From the NCBI RefSeq assembly GCF_009914755.1, contig NC_060939.1: 64,000 bases of DNA, one strand, 5' to 3'. The notes beneath the pieces were generated by a model that worked only from the letters and a program-made list of their open reading frames with translations, did no database searches and had not been told where the DNA came from. The translations under genes were made by a program, and so were the position numbers. Below, one piece after another: positions 57,401 to 64,000 of this stretch. The stretch's first letter is position 1; each line of letters starts with the position of its first letter. The DNA is from the human T2T-CHM13v2.0 reference genome, Homo sapiens.

Positions 57401-60400
57401 AAAGAAGATTCTGAGAATGCTTCTGTCTAGATTTTATATGAAAATATTCCCGTTTCCAACGAAATCCTCAAAGCTATCCAAATATCCACTTGCAAATGCC
57501 ACAAAAAGAGTGTTTCCAAACTGCTCTGTGAAAAGGAAGGTTCAACTCTGTTAGTTGAGTACACACATCACAAAGAGGTTTCTGAGAATGCTGCTGACTA
57601 GTTTTTATTTGAAGATATTTCCCTTTTCACCTTAGGCCTAAGAGTGCTCGAAATGTCCATTTCCACATACTCCACAAAGTGTGTTTCAAACGTGCTGTAT
57701 GAAAGGGAATGTTCAACTCTATGAGTTGAATGCAAACATCACAAAGAAGATTCTGAGAATGCTTTTGTCTAGATTTTATATGAAGATATTCCCGTGTCCA
57801 ACGAAATTTTCAAAGGTCTCCAAATATCCATTTGTAGATTCTACAAAAAGAGTGTTTCCAAACTGCTGTATCAAAACAAAGGTTGAACTCTGTGAGTTGA
57901 GGACACACATCACAAATAAGTTTCTGAGAATGCTTCTGTCTAGTTTTTATTTGAAGATGTTTCCTTTTTCACCATAGGCCTGAAAGCGCTCGAAATGTCC
58001 ACTTCCAGATAGTACAGAAAGAGTGTTTCAAACCTGCTCTATGAACGGGAATGTTCAGCTCTGTGAGTTGAATGCAAACATCACAAAGCAGGTTCTGAGA
58101 ATGCTTCCGTCTAGATTTTAAATGAGGATATTCCCGTTTCCAACGAAATCCTCGAAGCTATCCAAATATCCACTTGCAGATTCCACAAAAAGAGTGTTTC
58201 AAAACTGCTCTGTCAAAAGATAGGTTCAACTCTGTTAGTTGAGTACACACATGGCAAACAAGATTCCGAGAATGCTTTCGTCTAGTTTTTTTGGGAAGAT
58301 ATTTCCTTCTTCACCATAGGCCTCAAAGCGCTCCAAATATCCATTTCCACATGCTATACAAAGAGTGTCTCAAACCTGCTGTATGAATGGGAATGTTCAA
58401 CTCTATGAGTTGAATGCAAACATCACAAAGAAGTTTCTGAGAATGCTGCTGTCTAGATTTTATATGAAGGTTTTCCCGCTTCCAACGAAATTTTCAATGC
58501 TCTCAAAATATCCTCTTGTAGATTCTACAAAAAGAGTGTTTCCAAACTGCTGTATCAAAACAAAGGTTCATCTCTGTTAGTTGAGGACACACATCACAAA
58601 TAAGTTTCTGAGAATGCTTCTGTCTAGTTCTTATTTGAAGACATTTCCTTTCTCACCTTAGGCCTGAAAACGCTCGAAATATCCACTTCCAGATACGACA
58701 GAAACTGTGATTCAAACCTGCTCTATGAAAGGGAATGTTCAACTAGGTGACTTGAATGCAAACATCACAAAGCAGTTTCTGAGAATGCTGCTGTCTACTT
58801 TGTATTTGTAATCCCGTTTCCAACGAAATCCTCAGAACTATCGAAATTTCCAATTGCAGATTCCACAAAAAGCGTGTTTCAAAGCTGCTCTGTAAAAAGA
58901 AAGGTTCAACTCTGTTAGTTGAATACACACGTCACAAACAAGTTTCTGAGATTGCTTCTGTCTAGTTTTTATGGGAAGATATTTCCTTTTTCACCGTAGG
59001 CCTCAAAGCGCTCCAAATGTCCACTTCCACATACTACAAAAAGAGTGTTTCAAACCTGCTGTATGAAAGGGAATGTTCAACTCTATGAGTTGAATGCAAA
59101 CATTACAAAGAAGTTTCTGAGAATGCTTCTGTCTAGATTTTATATGAAGGTTTTCCCGTTTCCAACGAAATTTTCAATGCTCTCAAAATATCCACTTGTA
59201 GATTCTACAAAAAGAGTGTTTCCAAACTGCTGTGTCAAAAGAAAGGTTCAACTCTGTTAGTTGAGGACACACATCACAAATAAGTTTCTGAGAATGCTTC
59301 TGTCTAGTTCTTATTTGAAGACATTTCCTTTCTCACCTTAGGCCTGAAAACGCTCGAAATATCCACTTCCAGATACGACAGAAACAGTGATTCAAACCTG
59401 CTCTATGAAAGGGAATGTTCAACTAGGTGACTTGAATGCAAACATCAGAAAGCAGTTTCTGAGAATGCTGCTGTCTACTTTCTATTTGTAATCCCGTTTC
59501 CAACGAAATCCTCAGAACTATCGAAATTTCCAATTGCAGATTCCACAAAAAGCGTGTTTCAAAGCTGCTCTGTAAAAAGAAAGGTTCAACTCTGTTAGTT
59601 GAATACACACGTCACAAACAAGTTTCTGAGAATGCTTCTGTCTAGTTTTTATGGGAAGATATTTCCTTTTTCACCGTAGGCCTCAAAGCCCTCCAAATGT
59701 CCACTTCCACATACTACAAAAAGAGTGTTTCAAACCTGCTCTATGATAGGGAATGTTGAAACCTATGAGTTGAATGCAAGCATTACAAAGAGGTTTCTGA
59801 GAATGCTTCTGTCTAGATTTTATATGTAGATATTCCCGTTTCCAACGAAATCCTCAAAGCTATCCAAATATCAACTTGCAGATTCTGCAAAAGGAATGTT
59901 TCCAAAATGCTGTATCCAAACAAAGGTTCAACTCTGTGAATTGAGGGCATACATCACAAAGAAGATTCTGAGAATGCTTCTGTCTAGATTTTATATGAAA
60001 ATATTCCCGTTTCCAACGAAATCCTCAAAGCTATCCAAATATCCACTTGCAAATGCCACAAAAAGAGTGTTTCCAAACTGCTCTGTGAAAAGGAAGGTTC
60101 AACTCTGTTAGTTGAGTACACACATCACAAAGAGGTTTCTGAGAATGCTGCTGACTAGTTTTTATTTGAAGATATTTCCCTTTTCACCTTAGGCCTAAGA
60201 GTGCTCGAAATGTCCATTTCCACATACTCCACAAAGTGTGTTTCAAACGTGCTGTATGAAAGGGAATGTTCAACTCTATGAGTTGAATGCAAACATCACA
60301 AAGAAGATTCTGAGAATGCTTTTGTCTAGATTTTATATGAAGATATTCCCGTGTCCAACGAAATTTTCAAAGGTCTCCAAATATCCATTTGTAGATTCTA

Positions 60401-63400
60401 CAAAAAGAGTGTTTCCAAACTGCTGTATCAAAACAAAGGTTGAACTCTGTGAGTTGAGGACACACATCACAAATAAGTTTCTGAGAATGCTTCTGTCTAG
60501 TTTTTATTTGAAGATGTTTCCTTTTTCACCATAGGCCTGAAAGCGCTCGAAATGTCCACTTCCAGATAGTACAGAAAGAGTGTTTCAAACCTGCTCTATG
60601 AACGGGAATGTTCAGCTCTGTGAGTTGAATGCAAACATCACAAAGCAGGTTCTGAGAATGCTTCCGTCTAGATTTTAAATGAGGATATTCCCGTTTCCAA
60701 CGAAATCCTCGAAGCTATCCAAATATCCACTTGCAGATTCCACAAAAAGAGTGTTTCAAAACTGCTCTGTCAAAAGATAGGTTCAACTCTGTTAGTTGAG
60801 TACACACATGGCAAACAAGATTGCGAGAATGCTTTCGTCTAGTTTTTTTGGGAAGATATTTCCTTCTTCACCATAGGCCTCAAAGCGCTCCAAATATCCA
60901 TTTCCACATGCTATACAAAGAGTGTCTCAAACCTGCTGTATGAATGGGAATGTTCAACTCTATGAGTTGAATGCAAACATCACAAAGAAGTTTCTGAGAA
61001 TGCTGCTGTCTAGATTTTATATGAAGGTTTTCCCGCTTCCAACGAAATTTTCAATGCTCTCAAAATATCCTCTTGTAGATTCTACAAAAAGAGTGTTTCC
61101 AAACTGCTGTATCAAAACAAAGGTTCATCTCTGTTAGTTGAGGACACACATCACAAATAAGTTTCTGAGAATGCTTCTGTCTAGTTCTTATTTGAAGACA
61201 TTTCCTTTCTCACCTTAGGCCTGAAAGCGCTCGAAATACCCACTTCCAGATACTACAGAAACAGTGATTCAAACCTGCTGCATGAAAGGGAATGTTCAAC
61301 TAGGTGACTTGAATGCAAACATCACAAAGCAGTTTCTGAGAATGCTGCTGTCTACTTTCTATTTGTAATCCCGTTTCCAACGAAATCCTCAGAACTATCG
61401 AAATTTCCAATTGCAGATTCCACAGAAACAGGGTTTCAAAGCTGCTCTGTAAAAAGAAAGGTTCAACTCTGTTAGTTGAATACACACGTCACAAACAAGT
61501 TTCTGAGAATGCTTCTGTCTAGTTTTTATGGGAAGATATTTCCTTTTTCACCGTAGGCCTCAAAGCGCTCCAAATGTCCACTTCCACATACTACAAAAAG
61601 AGTGTTTCAAACCTGCTGTATGAAAGGGAATGTTCAACTCTATGAGTTGAATGCAAACATTACAAAGAAGTTTCTGAGAATGCTTCTGTCTAGATTTTAT
61701 ATGAAGGTTTTCCCGTTTCCAACGAAATTTTCAATGCTCTCAAAATATCCACTTGTAGATTCTACAAAAAGAGTGTTTCCAAACTGCTGTGTCAAAAGAA
61801 AGGTTCAACTCTGTTAGTTGAGGACACACATCACAAATAAGTTTCTGAGAATGCTTCTGTCTAGTTCTTATTTGAAGACATTTCCTTTCTCACCTTAGGC
61901 CTGAAAACGCTCGAAATATCCACTTCCAGATACGACAGAAACAGTGATTCAAACCTGCTCTATGAAAGGGAATGTTCAACTAGGTGACTTGAATGCAAAC
62001 ATCACAAAGCAGTTTCTGAGAATGCTGCTGTCTACTTTCTATTTGTAATCCCGTTTCCAACGAAATCCTCAGAACCATCGAAATTTCCAAATGCAGATTC
62101 CACAGAAACAGGGTTTCAAAGCTGCTCTGTAAAAAGAAAGGTTCAACTCTGTTAGTTGAATACACACGTCACAAACAAGTTTCTGAGAATGCTTCTGTCT
62201 AGTTTTTATGGGAAGATATTTCCTTTTTCACGGTAGGCCTCAAAGCGCTCCAAATGTCCACTTCCACATACTACAAAAAGAGTGTTTCAAACCTGCTCTA
62301 TGATAGGGAATGTTGAAACCTATGAGTTGAATGCAAGCATTACAAAGAGGTTTCTGAGAATGCTTCTGTCTAGATTTTATATGTAGATATTCCCGTTTCC
62401 AACGAAATCCTCAAAGCTATCCAAATATCAACTTGCAGATTCTACAAAAGGAATGTTTCCAAAATGCTGTATCCAAACAAAGGTTCAACTCTGTGAATTG
62501 AGGGCATACATCACAAAGAAGATTCTGAGAATGCTTCTGTCTAGATTTTATATGAAAATATTCCCGTTTCCAACGAAATCCTCAAAGCTATCCAAATATC
62601 CACTTGCAAATGCCACAAAAAGAGTGTTTCCAAACTGCTCTGTGAAAAGGAAGGTTCAACTCTGTTAGTTGAGTACACACATCACAAAGAGGTTTCTGAG
62701 AATGCTGCTGACTAGTTTTTATTTGAAGATATTTCCCTTTTCACCTTAGGCCTAAGAGTGCTCGAAATGTCCATTTCCACATACTCCACAAAGTGTGTTT
62801 CAAACGTGCTGTATGAAAGGGAATGTTCAACTCTATGAGTTGAATGCAAACATCACAAAGAAGATTCTGAGAATGCTTTTGTCTAGATTTTATATGAAGA
62901 TATTCCCGTGTCCAACGAAATTTTCAAAGGTCTCCAAATATCCATTTGTAGATTCTACAAAAAGAGTGTTTCCAAACTGCTGTATCAAAACAAAGGTTGA
63001 ACTCTGTGAGTTGAGGACACACATCACAAATAAGTTTCTGAGAATGCTTCTGTCTAGTTTTTATTTGAAGATGTTTCCTTTTTCACCATAGGCCTGAAAG
63101 CGCTCGAAATGTCCACTTCCAGATAGTACAGAAAGAGTGTTTCAAACCTGCTCTATGAACGGGAATGTTCAGCTCTGTGAGTTGAATGCAAACATCACAA
63201 AGCAGGTTCTGAGAATGCTTCCGTCTAGATTTTAAATGAGGATATTCCCGTTTCCAACGAAATCCTCGAAGCTATCCAAATATCCACTTGCAGATTCCAC
63301 AAAAAGAGTGTTTCAAAACTGCTCTGTCAAAAGATAGGTTCAACTCTGTTAGTTGAGTACACACATGGCAAACAAGATTCCGAGAATGCTTTCGTCTAGT

Positions 63401-63925
63401 TTTTTTGGGAAGATATTTCCTTCTTCACCATAGGCCTCAAAGCGCTCCAAATATCCATTTCCACATGCTATACAAAGAGTGTCTCAAACCTGCTGTATGA
63501 ATGGGAATGTTCAACTCTATGAGTTGAATGCAAACATCACAAAGAAGTTTCTGAGAATGCTGCTGTCTAGATTTTATATGAAGGTTTTCCCGCTTCCAAC
63601 GAAATTTTCAATGCTCTCAAAATATCCTCTTGTAGATTCTACAAAAAGAGTGTTTCCAAACTGCTGTATCAAAACAAAGGTTCATCTCTGTTAGTTGAGG
63701 ACACACATCACAAATAAGTTTCTGAGAATGCTTCTGTCTAGTTCTTATTTGAAGACATTTCCTTTCTCACCTTAGGCCTGAAAACGCTCGAAATACCCAC
63801 TTCCAGATACTACAGAAACAGTGATTCAAACCTGCTCCATGAAAGGGAATGTTCAACTAGGTGACTTGAATGCAAACATCACAAAGCAGTTTCTGAGAAT
63901 GCTGCTGTCTACTTTCTATTTGTAA

Positions 63926-64000
63926 TCCCGTTTCCAACGAAATCCTCAGAACTATCGAAATTTCCAATTGCAGATTCCACAGAAACAGGGTTTCAAAGCT
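63926..64000 (-). repeat. Partial 26th HOR unit; the array continues beyond the window
   Basis: Matches positions 1-75. Confidence 0.97.

Larger units (their letters stand above)
1..64000 (-). repeat. Alpha-satellite HOR array, 15-mer of 2,557 bp, 25 full copies plus a partial copy; active-centromere-type array
   Basis: Seen: ~171-bp monomers carrying ttctgagaatg (reverse complement of the alphoid CATTCTCAGAA start), plus CENP-B and pJ-alpha boxes. The ORF track recurs every 2,557 bp (234, 2791, 5348 ... 61602). The start motif tcccgtttccaacgaaatcctcagaac recurs at 1, 2558, 5115 ... 63926. Units differ by only a few substitutions. Confidence 0.99.
1..64000. other. Tentative array identity: human chr15 D15Z3 (S2C15H1L), 15-mer form
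   Basis: Inference: an SF2 dimeric array with a ~2.5-kb 15-mer made of a 1,877-bp 11-mer plus a 680-bp duplicated tetramer fits the 11-/15-mer organisation known for D15Z3. The related SF2 arrays D8Z2 and D9Z4 are not excluded without an alignment or HMM search. Confidence 0.6.

Noticed and set aside
234-63694. About 150 short ORFs (61-98 aa, e.g. MFQTCCMKGNVQLYELN..., MYSTNRVEPFF...)
   Set aside because: These are translations of alpha-satellite monomers that recur with the HOR period. Many start at GTG/TTG, and none has a recognisable domain or gene structure. Database 'hypothetical proteins' with such sequence are typically satellite contamination.
1-64000. CRISPR-like array (short conserved motif at regular spacing)
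   Set aside because: The intervening sequences are homologous monomers that repeat exactly every 2,557 bp, not unique spacers, and there are no cas genes.
1-64000. L1/Alu insertion, inversion, indel or HOR length variant
   Set aside because: The register is exact from 1 to 63926 (25 x 2557), orientation is constant, and I saw no poly-A tail, target-site duplication or foreign sequence.
1-64000. Possibility that the sequence is a synthetic construct or a modelled/collapsed assembly
   Set aside because: Linked haplotypes, shared rare variants at 2-unit spacing and a positional divergence gradient look like a natural long-read assembly. This cannot be fully excluded without raw reads.

Overview
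The whole window is one uninterrupted primate (almost certainly human) centromeric alpha-satellite higher-order repeat (HOR) array, read in reverse orientation to the usual consensus. It holds 25 complete copies of a 2,557-bp, 15-monomer unit (unit n starts at 1+2557*(n-1)) plus 75 bp of a 26th copy. I saw no indel, inversion or mobile-element insertion. The monomers look like suprachromosomal family 2 (D1/D2): 8 CENP-B-box monomers and 7 pJ-alpha-box monomers per unit. The unit breaks down as 3+4+4+4 monomers, with the last tetramer recently duplicated (11-mer + 4-mer). The best guess for identity is D15Z3 (chr15), unconfirmed. There are no genes; every ORF in the track is a repeat artefact, and I found no new gene system. 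The informative signal is in unit-to-unit variation: three segregating sites that form haplotypes with a possible 5-unit super-repeat, apparent conversion tracts between the paralogous tetramers, a jump in divergence after about 56.9 kb, and a C:G>G:C-rich set of private variants. Variants were read by eye, so a few may be missed.
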